From NCBI GenBank assembly GCA_963674595.2, contig CAXXFV010000008.1:352001-416000 (forward strand): 64,000 nt of DNA. Reading direction: 5' to 3'. The position numbers were made by a program, and so were the translations under genes. The stretch's first letter is position 1. Every line of letters begins with the position of its first letter. Of the stretch, positions 1 through 9,838 are shown piece by piece. The stretch is from a bacterium. Its GTDB lineage: Bacteria; Zhuqueibacterota; Zhuqueibacteria; Residuimicrobiales; Krinioviventaceae. The notes under the pieces were generated by a model. The model was not told the DNA's origin. It made no database searches and saw only the letters and a list, made by a program, of their open reading frames with translations.

Positions 1-513
1 GCCAATTCGGTAGATCGAATAGGTTTTATTATTGGTCCCATCCAGTGCTATATTGATGTGACGAAATTGACAGGTGACCAGCATTTCAAGCACCTCATCA
101 TCAACGGTATTGAGATTTACGCCATTGTATGCAGTCAATTCAATTTGTTTTTTATAAGCATATTGAAGAATGTCTTTAAAATGCGGATTCAGAAAAATTT
201 CTCCAAAGTTTGAAACTTCAATTCGTCTGATATGGGGGAACCTGTCGAGCAATGTACGAAAATCCTCAAATCGCAAATAACCCTTTCCAATAATGCCGGT
301 TTTACCCTGTGCCTGAGAGCAGACAGGGCATTTTAATTGGCAGCATGAACAGAGTTCCAGTTGAATCTTGTCAGCCAAACCGTAACGGATATAATTAATT
401 AACGCATCTCTAATATGCATCTCCCGCAGGAGCCTGATGCGGTTCCGAACAGACCTGGCAATTGCTTTAAGTTGATTTTTTATGATTAATAATCTTTTAA
501 ATGCAGGGTTCAT
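1..513 (-). CDS. Radical SAM protein (3' end runs off the window)
   Basis: Not in the ORF track. Manual translation from ATG at 513 gives MNPAFKRL...IQLELCSCCQLKCPVC (CxxxCxxC)...SNFGEIFLNP...NGVNLN...IALDGTNNKTYSIYRIG, open to base 1. Confidence 0.85.
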   Translation of the reverse strand, partial: MNPAFKRLLIIKNQLKAIARSVRNRIRLLREMHIRDALINYIRYGLADKIQLELCSCCQLKCPVCSQAQGKTGIIGKGYLRFEDFRTLLDRFPHIRRIEVSNFGEIFLNPHFKDILQYAYKKQIELTAYNGVNLNTVDDEVLEMLVTCQFRHINIALDGTNNKTYSIYRIG

Positions 514-565
514 AAAATTTTTATTATGTCATTAAAGCTGAACCGGCTATCAGCTAGTAATTATT

Positions 566-1576
566 TTAATGTTTTTTTAAAATTAGTTTTATAATCGCTT
601 TGAAATGCGACAAAATTTGTGATAAATGATAGCGCAGATTGTTTTTAATATTTTCATTATAAATTTCAAAATAGGGAGTGAGGGATCCTCCAAAACCCCG
701 AAAATGACGTTCTATCCGTTCAATATTTGATCCCCCGAAATTAAAATACCCTGTTTTACCTTTGAAAAACTGAATGGCTTGCCATAAAACAAGAGTATGC
801 CCGCCAAGTTTTCTGTATTTGGGGTCACTGCCGGAAAGTAATAAATATGCAGATTTTTTATTAAAAGAAATATAAACCATAGCATGGACCTGATTATTCG
901 TGTCAACAGCCTTGAACATGATACGGTTTCCGTTTTTTCTGACAGCTTTATCAAGGGCTTTTATCCTTTCAAAGGGGATGATATATTCCCGACCCTGCCT
1001 TTGATAAGTCAAACTTAGAAATTGATACAACAGTTCGAGATTGTTGTCCTGTTCAATCCTGATTCCCTTTGCCTGCGCTTTTTTTATGATCCGTTGTGTC
1101 ATGTTATTCAAATTTTTCCACAAATTGTCAGCAGGTTGAGGATATTTTATAATATAGGTGTACTTTGTCGTCTGTTTGAACCCTTTCCAGCGCAGGGGGA
1201 GCCAATCGGTAAAATTGGGGTGGAAACTCATCCTGACAAAATTATCCAGGGGTAGTCCTGCCAGCAGAGCATTTATCCATCGTCGCTGATTGGACGTCTG
1301 CTTATATTCTGATATGCCTTTTTGATGTTTGTAAAGTACACCAAGGGTCCGCACTAAAAGAGGTTCGTTTATTTTGCCAAGCTCATCAAAGGCAATCGGC
1401 ATACCGGCAACGATTTCATTATTCTCTATTGCTGCGATAATTTTGAATCTGGATTGGGTCATTGCTTCCAGCCACCAGGAATAACAAAACATATCTCCCT
1501 GTGGTGACTGATCAACAAAAAGATTCCATTCATGGAACCTTTCTTTTTCCAAGGTTATTATATTCGTTTCTTTCAT
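566..1576 (-). CDS. GNAT/FemAB-like acyl- or aminoacyl-transferase
   Basis: WNLFVDQSPQG..F...WWL start, RIIKKAQAKGI, and FNFGGSNIERIERHFRGFGG are typical of FemAB/Acetyltransf_6 proteins in polysaccharide loci. Confidence 0.8.
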   Translation of the reverse strand: MKETNIITLEKERFHEWNLFVDQSPQGDMFCYSWWLEAMTQSRFKIIAAIENNEIVAGMPIAFDELGKINEPLLVRTLGVLYKHQKGISEYKQTSNQRRWINALLAGLPLDNFVRMSFHPNFTDWLPLRWKGFKQTTKYTYIIKYPQPADNLWKNLNNMTQRIIKKAQAKGIRIEQDNNLELLYQFLSLTYQRQGREYIIPFERIKALDKAVRKNGNRIMFKAVDTNNQVHAMVYISFNKKSAYLLLSGSDPKYRKLGGHTLVLWQAIQFFKGKTGYFNFGGSNIERIERHFRGFGGSLTPYFEIYNENIKNNLRYHLSQILSHFKAIIKLILKKH

Positions 1577-2808
1577 CGGTTAACAATATATTTGTCGGCA
1601 TTATGAATAGCAAGCGGTGTTACAACTGTATTAAATATGTCATTTTTGAGTTGTTGTTCTGATTTACCAAAACAATTTACCTCACAATGTTTAACACCAA
1701 ATCGTTTCATTCGATTATAGTTTTTTAAAAAATCAGTTTTTTCTTTATTATGGTCAGACAGCCACAATGCCCCTTGTAATTGTTCATTTTCAGCAAGATA
1801 TATAAAGGGATTGTTGACAAGAGTATCTCTGAGTCCAGCCGTATCACGGTGTATTAACATGGAAATATATTTGTTGTTTTTATATTTAATGTCTTGTGTC
1901 AATTGAGCCATCATGTGTATTTTATAGCGCGTTACACTGTCATTAATGAACGCATGAGAAACACCAATAAAAACTTTATGGCACCCTCTGTTTTGCAGAG
2001 TTTGTACGGTAAAATAGTACAATGCTCCCAAAAGCCCTTCATGAAGATTTTTCAAATATTTTTTTTTAATTCCTAAAAAAGAAATTTTGGCATCATTGTT
2101 TTTATATTTCATCAGAAATCCCCCTAATATTTCTGATTGTTTTTTCAACAGAATTAATTCGTGCTGAGACTCTGTATCAAATATTTCGTGATATTTCCAC
2201 AAAGTTGCTGAATCGCCGAATCTGTAGCGGACAAACGGAGTATACATATTGTGATAAAAATCGGCAAAAACATCAGGTTCATTTGAAAATTCACAGGTAT
2301 ACCCGTACTTGCGAATAAGACGGGCACTATCACGGTATCCGGATTTGCTTTTTCTTTCCATTTTTTTAATCGGCTGTGAGATGTCTATTTCGCTTTCTAT
2401 CCAAAAAGGTATAATAAATTTTTGTTTTTTTTGTAAATACCATTTCATTGGCCGATTAAGTTCCCAGAGTGTTATTGCGCAGTCATGGTGTTTTTTCTCA
2501 AGAAGGAACATTATAAAATATAACAACCTGTTCCCCAGAAAAGTAACTTTAAAATCAGGATTAAATAAAAGAGAAAGATAATAACGCTGAAAAGTACAAG
2601 TCTTGCCGATATAGGCAACACAGAGAGGAAAATTGTTATGTTTGCTTGTTCCGTTCCATATATATACGGGAGGGTATATGGACGTCATCCCTTTGTAAAG
2701 AAATAGTAAAGGGCGCAACAGTATGCGTATGCGATTGGGTATCTTTAAATAAATTATTTTTAAAAGAGATATTATACGCATTATTTGAAATACAGTCTTG
2801 TTATTCAA
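1573..2808 (-). CDS. Hypothetical protein with a probable C-terminal GNAT-like fold
   Basis: 411-aa ORF overlapping the next gene by 4 bp. FADFYHNMYTPFVRYRFGD, GALYYF and IGVSHAFINDSVTRYK resemble GNAT/FemAB-like segments. Confidence 0.55.
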   Translation of the reverse strand: MNNKTVFQIMRIISLLKIIYLKIPNRIRILLRPLLFLYKGMTSIYPPVYIWNGTSKHNNFPLCVAYIGKTCTFQRYYLSLLFNPDFKVTFLGNRLLYFIMFLLEKKHHDCAITLWELNRPMKWYLQKKQKFIIPFWIESEIDISQPIKKMERKSKSGYRDSARLIRKYGYTCEFSNEPDVFADFYHNMYTPFVRYRFGDSATLWKYHEIFDTESQHELILLKKQSEILGGFLMKYKNNDAKISFLGIKKKYLKNLHEGLLGALYYFTVQTLQNRGCHKVFIGVSHAFINDSVTRYKIHMMAQLTQDIKYKNNKYISMLIHRDTAGLRDTLVNNPFIYLAENEQLQGALWLSDHNKEKTDFLKNYNRMKRFGVKHCEVNCFGKSEQQLKNDIFNTVVTPLAIHNADKYIVNR

Positions 2809-3081
2809 GTTCGTAAATGTTTATATATAATGAAGAATTATACAAGTGTTGGCATACTGTGTTCGGCTATGTTTTTTAAAATAGACAATTTAAACAAACC
2901 AATCAAGAACGTTGTTATAAATAACATTGTTAGTCTTTTAATCAGCTATGATTAATCTCATTTTTAATTTGAGTTTTTGTGGATTTTGCCTTATTTTTTG
3001 AGTTGTGAATAAGTTATTTGGTTTATTACTATTTAAAATGTTTTAATTGAGACACCAGGTGGTGCTCTTTTAAGGATTGAC

Positions 3082-3996
3082 TTGAGTACAAACAAATTGA
3101 TACATAATCCTCTGGTTTCTGTTATTGTTCCGAATTTTAATCATGCCCAATATTTACCCCAACGATTGGATTCGATTTTAAACCAAACCTACTCTGAATA
3201 TGAGCTGATCATTTTGGATGATTGTTCTTCAGATGAGAGCCGGCAAGTTATTAGTCAGTATCAAAAAAAGTATCCGCAAATATCTACCTGTTTTAATAAA
3301 GAAAACAGCGGAACGCCTTTTAAACAATGGAATTTGGGTGTTGGTCTGGCAAAAGGCGATTTTATCTGGATTGCTGAATCTGATGACTTTGCAGATGTTA
3401 ACTTTTTAAGTTCGGTTGTGCCAGTTCTTGAAAAGAATCCCAATGTAGCGATTGTACACTGTTTAACACAGCGGGTTGATGAAAATGGTGACATTTTACA
3501 AACAAAAAAAAATCATTTTCCCATGGGATGCCATCCCCGATGGGAAAATGATTTTATTAATAGCGGTGATAAACAAGTCTCTCATTTTTTAGCAAAATCG
3601 AACACAATTATCAATGTTAGTGGTTGTTTGTTGCGGAAAACATGTTACATGGAATCGGGTTGGGCGGATGAAACCATGAAATATTGTGCGGACTGGTATC
3701 TCTATATACGAATGTTGAAAAAGTATGATATTGCTTTTGTTGCCGGGCCCCTTAATTTTTTTCGGCGTCATAATACGTCATCTTATAATCAATATTTTAT
3801 TGATAACGCTTATATAAAAGAACTGGTCAAAGTCTATAATTTTACTGTAAATAATTTCATATTACCTGTAAAAGTCAGGGTAAGAATTATAAGGATATTG
3901 ACAAAGTTACTTTTTAAAAAGTTATTCAAGGGAACCGCCCCTTCACTTGAGAATATTTTTTCTGTATTAAAATTGTTTTGTAGATTTTTACGTTAG
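3082..3996 (+). CDS. Glycosyltransferase family 2
   Basis: VSVIVPNFNH, ELIILDDCSSD, WIAESDD, CADW motifs. Confidence 0.92.
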   Translation: MSTNKLIHNPLVSVIVPNFNHAQYLPQRLDSILNQTYSEYELIILDDCSSDESRQVISQYQKKYPQISTCFNKENSGTPFKQWNLGVGLAKGDFIWIAESDDFADVNFLSSVVPVLEKNPNVAIVHCLTQRVDENGDILQTKKNHFPMGCHPRWENDFINSGDKQVSHFLAKSNTIINVSGCLLRKTCYMESGWADETMKYCADWYLYIRMLKKYDIAFVAGPLNFFRRHNTSSYNQYFIDNAYIKELVKVYNFTVNNFILPVKVRVRIIRILTKLLFKKLFKGTAPSLENIFSVLKLFCRFLR

Positions 3997-4033
3997 TGCC
4001 GGATGACTTGTCGAATGTCATCTTTATTCCAGG

Positions 4034-4074
4034 CAGGGAAAAGAGATGATCTATGACCATCCTTTCCCTGTTTT
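4034..4074. terminator. Hairpin between convergent GT2 and dhaL genes
   Basis: CAGGGAAAAG-AGATG...CATC-CTTTCCCTG followed by TTTT. Confidence 0.55.
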
Positions 4075-4101
4075 GGTTCAATTTATCCTGTTTGAGTCGT
4101 C

Positions 4102-4746
4102 TCAGGCAATCAGCTTTTTAATACCATCTGCAAAAGATTCTAAAATTAAACAACTGGAGGCAGCCCCGGCATCAATAAAACCTCTTGAGCGTTCACCCAA
4201 ACGGCTGGCACGGCCTACGCGCGCCACTAAATCCTTTGTCGAATCTCTTCCTTTAATCGCTGCCTCTTTCATCGAATCTAATAATTCGTCAAAAGGTTTG
4301 CCTTCGTTTAATCCGGCATGATATGCTTTTATCGCCGGAACGATGGTGTCGAGCATGGTTTTATCACCGACTTCTGCTACGCCAATCTCACGTACGCTGT
4401 TTTCTCCTGCAACCAGCATTTCGCCGAAAATGTGCTTGTCGATAGTTTCTTTGTTGTCGCAGGTATCTGCCAGGGCCATAAAAAACATACCGTATAAAGG
4501 CCCCATCGATCCCCCGATATCCTGCACAAGGATTTGTGAGAGCGTGTTCAGACTATGAGCAAGATCACCGGGAGTTTTGTCCAGTTCCTGCTCACATAGT
4601 GTAAAACCCTTGTTCATATTAATGCCATGATCACCATCGCCGATTGCACCATCTATATCACTCAGGTATTGTTTATTATTCTGGATGACTTTGATCAAAT
4701 CTTTGACGAGAATGCCGCCATCGCTGTTTGAAAATGATTCCTTCAC
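4102..4746 (-). CDS. dhaL: Dihydroxyacetone kinase family, subunit L
   Basis: LSDIDGAIGDGDHGINM, GGSMGPLYG, GDKTMLD, GRASRLGERSRGFIDAGA. Confidence 0.93.
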   Translation of the reverse strand: MKESFSNSDGGILVKDLIKVIQNNKQYLSDIDGAIGDGDHGINMNKGFTLCEQELDKTPGDLAHSLNTLSQILVQDIGGSMGPLYGMFFMALADTCDNKETIDKHIFGEMLVAGENSVREIGVAEVGDKTMLDTIVPAIKAYHAGLNEGKPFDELLDSMKEAAIKGRDSTKDLVARVGRASRLGERSRGFIDAGAASSCLILESFADGIKKLIA

Positions 4747-4749
4747 CTA

Positions 4750-5757
4750 TTACCTCCTTGAAAACTGGGTTAATCCCATTGATTCCGCTTCATAATCTAT
4801 ACATTCTTTCAATTCGTCATCCAGTTTCATGATGGTAAGTGTGGCTCCGGTCATTTCCAGTGATGTGAAATAATTGCCGACATAAGACGCGTGTATTGTC
4901 AGGCCTTTTTCTGCACAAATATCAAATACCTTGTTGTACAGGATATAAAGTTCCGACGGAGGTGTAGCGCCCAACCCGGATAATAGCACGACAACCTGAT
5001 CTCCGTTAACAAACGGAAGATCCGGCAGAATAATATTCATCATTCGTTCTGATATTTCATTTGCCGTTTCGAGTTTAACAACTTCCAGACCCGGCTCGCC
5101 ATGATGACCGATACCAACTTCCATCGTGCCGTCTTCAATCGTAAAGTTGGGATGACCTACTTCGGGAATGGTGCAGGGACTCAGTCCGATGCCCATACTT
5201 CGTGTATTATCAATGGCTTTTTGCGCCGCAGCAATTACCTGATCCAGATTGGCGCCCATGGCGGCCTTTGCTCCCCCTACTTTCCACATCAATATTTCAC
5301 CGGCTACGCCTCTTCTTTTATTTAATTGATCATTGGGAGCGGAAGGGACATCATCATTGGCAACGACTGTTTTTACCTGAATTCCCACTTTTTCAGCCAT
5401 TTTTATTGCCATTTTAACATTCATATTATCACCGGCATAATTCCCGTAAAGGCAGGCAACGCCATTACCGGAATCCGCAGCTTTGAAAGCATCTAAAAAC
5501 ATTTGTGCGGGTGGAGATGAAAACAATTCTCCTACTGCCACGGCATCCACCATATTTTTACCAATGTAACCGATGAATGCGGGTTTATGACCTGATCCGC
5601 CGCCGGTTACAATGCCTACCTTGCCGTCGATGGGAGCGTCTTTGTATTTTACAACCCGGCGGTTCTCTGTTTTGGACACGACATGAGACATTGCCTTCAG
5701 ATAACCTTCGAGCATTTCGTCAACTACATCTTTAGGATCATTAATAAATTTTTGCAT
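4750..5757 (-). CDS. dhaK: Dihydroxyacetone kinase family, subunit K (possibly tetrulose-specific)
   Basis: Likely start MQKFINDP at 5757 after an RBS. GGGSGHKPAF, NYAGD, RRGVAG and GIGHHGEPG motifs. Confidence 0.92.
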   Translation of the reverse strand: MQKFINDPKDVVDEMLEGYLKAMSHVVSKTENRRVVKYKDAPIDGKVGIVTGGGSGHKPAFIGYIGKNMVDAVAVGELFSSPPAQMFLDAFKAADSGNGVACLYGNYAGDNMNVKMAIKMAEKVGIQVKTVVANDDVPSAPNDQLNKRRGVAGEILMWKVGGAKAAMGANLDQVIAAAQKAIDNTRSMGIGLSPCTIPEVGHPNFTIEDGTMEVGIGHHGEPGLEVVKLETANEISERMMNIILPDLPFVNGDQVVVLLSGLGATPPSELYILYNKVFDICAEKGLTIHASYVGNYFTSLEMTGATLTIMKLDDELKECIDYEAESMGLTQFSRR

Positions 5758-5761
5758 GTTA

Positions 5762-7096
5762 CTATATCTCCTTCTGAAATGATTTCTTTTCAAGCTCATA
5801 AATCTTTTCAACCTTGGGTAAAGAACCCTGACCTTGAAATTCCGAATTGATCCATGCATCAACAAGCATCTTGGCAAGCTCTGGTCCGACCACTCGTGAA
5901 CCCATGGTTATGACCTGGGCATTATTACTTTTAACCAGGCGCTCTGCAGAATAAACATCATGGCATACGCCGGCATAAACGCCTTCAACCTTGTTTGCAA
6001 CCATGGCCATTCCCAGTCCGGTACCGCAGATAAGAATACCTCGATCAAATTCTTTGTTTTTAATTTTCTGCGCAAGATGAAAGGCAACAGCCGGATAGGC
6101 GGCGCCCTTGTTGTCTCCATTATAGTTCAAGTCGACAATATCGGCTCCGTTTGATTTCATATAGTCATAAATCACTTTTTTAAGATCAATAGCAATATCA
6201 TCACAATCAATAGCAATTCTGTGTGCGGGTTTTGCAGCCTGTTCAACTTCCTGAGAAATCCTTTTCAGATTAGCCAGTCCTTCAACTGCCAATGCTTCGC
6301 CCGAATCAGCCAGTTTACGCCAGATGGCACATAATCCACTCAACTCTTCAAAACTGGGATCAAAAGATTCAATTACCAGTGGGCCATCATAACCCACATT
6401 TTTAACAGCGGTAAAAAGTTCTTTCCATGGCACCAGTCCGGTTCCGGGGATTCCCCGATTATTTTCATTTACATGAAAATAGCCCAGATATTCCTTGCCG
6501 CAGGTTTCAATAGCGCCTTTAATGCTTTGTTCTTCCATCATCATGTGGAAGCAGTCCAGATGGACTTTGACATTCCCGGTACCAACGTCTTTACAATATT
6601 GAACAGCGTCTTCAGCAACATTAAGAAAATGAGTTTCAAAACGGTTTATACATTCAACCGCAATAATCATATCGGATTTCTCTTTGGCATATTTTGCCGC
6701 TTGTTTCATCACATTTACCGACCATTCCCACTCTTGTTCGGTCCTGGGTTGTTTGGTCAGATAGCCCCAGGCAGCATAGTTAACACCGCCAAGGATTTTT
6801 GAATCAAGTTCTATGTTGATATCAACTAATAATTTTAGTGCGTTAACTGCATTTTCCCTGATTTTAGGATCGGGCGATATAGGATTTGTTTGTGGATTCA
6901 ACGTTGTAGTGGTAACGATTTCAATACCGACTTGTCGCGCTTTTTCTTTGACAAGCTGTGTGGGGAATTTTTCCGGGTGTGCAATTGCAATATCCAAGGT
7001 TTCAAATCCCAGTTCTTTCGCTTTTGGGATAATCCATAGGTCTTTTTCGGTAAAAACTTCTGCCCAGATAAATGAATCGACGCCAAATTTAAACAT
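5762..7096 (-). CDS. Fusion of a D-psicose/D-tagatose 3-epimerase-family TIM barrel and an RpiB/DerI-type sugar-phosphate isomerase
   Basis: N-terminal part has ECINRFE, HLDCFH, HVNENNRGIPGTG and IESF. C-terminal part has RIAIDCDD, GILICGTGLGM..VANKV and SAERLVKSNNAQV. Confidence 0.88.
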   Translation of the reverse strand: MFKFGVDSFIWAEVFTEKDLWIIPKAKELGFETLDIAIAHPEKFPTQLVKEKARQVGIEIVTTTTLNPQTNPISPDPKIRENAVNALKLLVDINIELDSKILGGVNYAAWGYLTKQPRTEQEWEWSVNVMKQAAKYAKEKSDMIIAVECINRFETHFLNVAEDAVQYCKDVGTGNVKVHLDCFHMMMEEQSIKGAIETCGKEYLGYFHVNENNRGIPGTGLVPWKELFTAVKNVGYDGPLVIESFDPSFEELSGLCAIWRKLADSGEALAVEGLANLKRISQEVEQAAKPAHRIAIDCDDIAIDLKKVIYDYMKSNGADIVDLNYNGDNKGAAYPAVAFHLAQKIKNKEFDRGILICGTGLGMAMVANKVEGVYAGVCHDVYSAERLVKSNNAQVITMGSRVVGPELAKMLVDAWINSEFQGQGSLPKVEKIYELEKKSFQKEI

Positions 7097-7251
7097 TGAT
7101 ACCTCCTAATGAAATGAATGTTAGTAACCAGAATATAACTTTTGGCATAACCTGTAAAAGGGCCTGGATTCACAAATTTTAGAAATTACAAGTATAAACT
7201 AATTTGAATGACTGTCTTTTTGTCAATTTTAATGTCATCAGGTCTAACTAT

Positions 7252-8625
7252 CTACATACGGTCTACAATAACACCGTTTAAATATTTGCAGGTTTCTTCA
7301 AGAATGTCGGCAAATTGGCCGTGGACGGCGGCACAATGATGGATATAGGGCCCCTCTACCAGGGTGCGTTCCCATTTTGCCCAATCATCAACTTCCAGCC
7401 AGAAATAGGTGCCTTTGGTCCGGGGGCCGTCTGTCCCGCGTCCTTCGCCGATAAACATGCGGTACTCGCCATGATCGCCGTCAAACCGGCAGACCGTGAC
7501 TTCGCCGTCGCGAATTTTCCATTCACCTGTGCCTGTTTTATAGGCCGGGAATATAAAATGGTGCCCCAGCTCTTTGGTGCTGTTCTCATCTGCAAGTGAG
7601 GGCGGAAAATTACCGCAATGCCACAGCAGTTCGGCATTGTCGTTATTCGGGTGACGGACCGTGAGGTCGGCAAAAAAGACAGGAGAACTTTCCAGGGATG
7701 CCGCCTGCATTAAAATAGCTGTTATGGCGCCGTGGATATCCGTCTCACAGGTTACGGGAATACCTTCTTCGGCCAGCAGACCGTTTACCAGACAGGGCAT
7801 AACACCGATTCCTTTTTGCAGTGCGTGCCAGCACTGGATGGCAACACAGGTGCAGCCATTTTGTTCGCAAAGATTGCGGATCGCCAGTTTTAAGGCTGCA
7901 ATTTTTTCCAGGTCCGCTTCGTCATTGGGATTCACCTTGATCGATTTGCGGATTTTTTCCATCGTGTCTGTAAATTTTGTGTCTTTTTTGGCGAGAATGG
8001 CTTTTGACTCTTCAACAAGATCAATAAGAGATAACGGGAATGTCTGTACACCGAAACGTTCCAAAAGTTCGCCTTCATTGCAGATAACCGACCAGAACGG
8101 ATCGGGCCGGGTACCGAGCTGCAGAATACGCAGATTGCGAAATGCTTTAACAGCCGCGCACACGCTGACAAATTTCCGGTAGCCCTGTTCAAACACCGGC
8201 GCATCCGGCCATGAATTTTCGATATAGGTAAAGGGTATATTGAACCTTCTCAATACCTTGCCGGTGGCAAACAGACCGCATTGTGTGTCGCGTGTTCGCA
8301 GGCCGTCTTCCAGCGGAGCGTCGTCTCTGGGACCCCAGAGAAGTACCGGCTTGTTTAGGGCTTTGGCGAGTTTTGCTACAAGGTCTTCGGTCCCGAAATT
8401 ACAGTGCGGGAAAAACAGTCCGTCAACATGAGCCATTTTTTTGATAATGGCCGGCAGGTCTTTTTCCTGGAAAAGCAGTCCCTCGGAATTGATATCATCT
8501 ATATCGACAATATCGGCTCCCCAGTTTGATATTTTGTTGAGAACAAGTGTATGATAACGAAGGGCTTCTTCTTTGCTGAATACGTCCCTTCGGGTCGGGA
8601 CATAGCCAATTGTAATTGTTGCCAT
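7252..8625 (-). CDS. L-fucose/L-arabinose isomerase family protein
   Basis: HCNFGTE, RDTQCGLFA, AIQCW, CETDIHGA, WHCG and GPYIHH motifs. Confidence 0.88.
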   Translation of the reverse strand: MATITIGYVPTRRDVFSKEEALRYHTLVLNKISNWGADIVDIDDINSEGLLFQEKDLPAIIKKMAHVDGLFFPHCNFGTEDLVAKLAKALNKPVLLWGPRDDAPLEDGLRTRDTQCGLFATGKVLRRFNIPFTYIENSWPDAPVFEQGYRKFVSVCAAVKAFRNLRILQLGTRPDPFWSVICNEGELLERFGVQTFPLSLIDLVEESKAILAKKDTKFTDTMEKIRKSIKVNPNDEADLEKIAALKLAIRNLCEQNGCTCVAIQCWHALQKGIGVMPCLVNGLLAEEGIPVTCETDIHGAITAILMQAASLESSPVFFADLTVRHPNNDNAELLWHCGNFPPSLADENSTKELGHHFIFPAYKTGTGEWKIRDGEVTVCRFDGDHGEYRMFIGEGRGTDGPRTKGTYFWLEVDDWAKWERTLVEGPYIHHCAAVHGQFADILEETCKYLNGVIVDRM

Positions 8626-8705
8626 AACACAAACTCCTTGTTAATAAAATATATTGAGAATAATAATTTCGAACTCTTTAATTTGTTTGGAGCTGCCTGA
8701 TGCCG

Positions 8706-9164
8706 CTAATATTTTTTATTACTTTTTTCTACCAACCTCGTTATGGTGTCGCATGTAAAGCACTTTTTATTGTGAACGGACATCAGTCCGCCGCATTTTG
8801 AACATTGGTATTTTTCGTTTTGCTCTTTTGCAAATTGTTCAACTCCGATCTTGCCGATATTTGCCAGATTGTCCTTGACGCTCATATCATAATTGTTTTT
8901 ATACCTGGCGTCCATGCGGTTGATTTGTTTGCAGGGATACTGGTCGCATTCAAAACAAAACCGGGCCGCTGCATTTCCATTTAACGTGCTGTTAATACCG
9001 GAGCATTTTGCAAATAAATATAAACACTTATTATTTCCGGGTCGGCAGCCGGAACATTGACTCTGCTTTTTCCTGTTAACATGAGAAAGATAGCGGCTGC
9101 ACACGGCACAATTCATTCCGCAGGGCGCAATGAGTTCTGCCTGATGGGAATAAGGTTTTTTCAT
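8706..9164 (-). CDS. DUF3795-type Cys-rich metal-binding protein
   Basis: IAPCGMNCAVC, CSGCR, FCFECDQYPC and CSKCGG...CFTC. Confidence 0.8.
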   Translation of the reverse strand: MKKPYSHQAELIAPCGMNCAVCSRYLSHVNRKKQSQCSGCRPGNNKCLYLFAKCSGINSTLNGNAAARFCFECDQYPCKQINRMDARYKNNYDMSVKDNLANIGKIGVEQFAKEQNEKYQCSKCGGLMSVHNKKCFTCDTITRLVEKSNKKY

Positions 9165-9269
9165 TTTCCGTCAAATGTTCAAGATGAAATTTTAGTATAT
9201 AAAATATTTATAACAAAACAAAATACAAACAACTAAAAATACAATTTAAATAGCGCTGTTTCGCTGTAA

Positions 9270-9836
9270 TTATGTGGTAATTTTTAATATCCGGGCCTTT
9301 TCCCGTTTTGGCGCTGACGGCTCAATGGCCGGGTACCCGATGATGATCGGGGCGACGATGGTATGATTTTCCGGGATACCGATTTCCGATAAAATGTCCG
9401 GATCGCCTATTTCTTTGGCGAAATTTATCCAGCATGTTCCCAATCCTCTGGAAACGGCCGACATCATTAAATAACTTGCCGCCAATGTGCAATCCAGTTG
9501 TAAATTTTTAACATCACTTTCACCCAATATCATAATCAGGGCCGGTGCATTGTAAAAAATATTCAACGTTTCACTGCTCAACATGTTGAAATATTTTTTT
9601 GCATAATCGTTCGGATTGTTTTTAATGCGGGTCAACAGCGTTTTTTTACAATTGTCCGATATTTTTTGCAGCAGCTCTTTGTTATTGACAATAATATACT
9701 TCCACGGTTGTTCATTGCCCGCGCTTGGCGCTAAAATGCTGTCATCAATGACCTCTTTTAACACATCAATAGATACCGGTTTATCCGTATATTTTCGAAT
9801 CGATCGTCTTTTTAATAATAATTCTGAAAACTGCAT
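9270..9836 (-). CDS. Nitroreductase family protein
   Basis: Likely start MQFSE. RRSIRKY, APSAGNEQPW and GLGTCW motifs. Confidence 0.9.
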   Translation of the reverse strand: MQFSELLLKRRSIRKYTDKPVSIDVLKEVIDDSILAPSAGNEQPWKYIIVNNKELLQKISDNCKKTLLTRIKNNPNDYAKKYFNMLSSETLNIFYNAPALIMILGESDVKNLQLDCTLAASYLMMSAVSRGLGTCWINFAKEIGDPDILSEIGIPENHTIVAPIIIGYPAIEPSAPKREKARILKITT

Positions 9837-9838
9837 AT

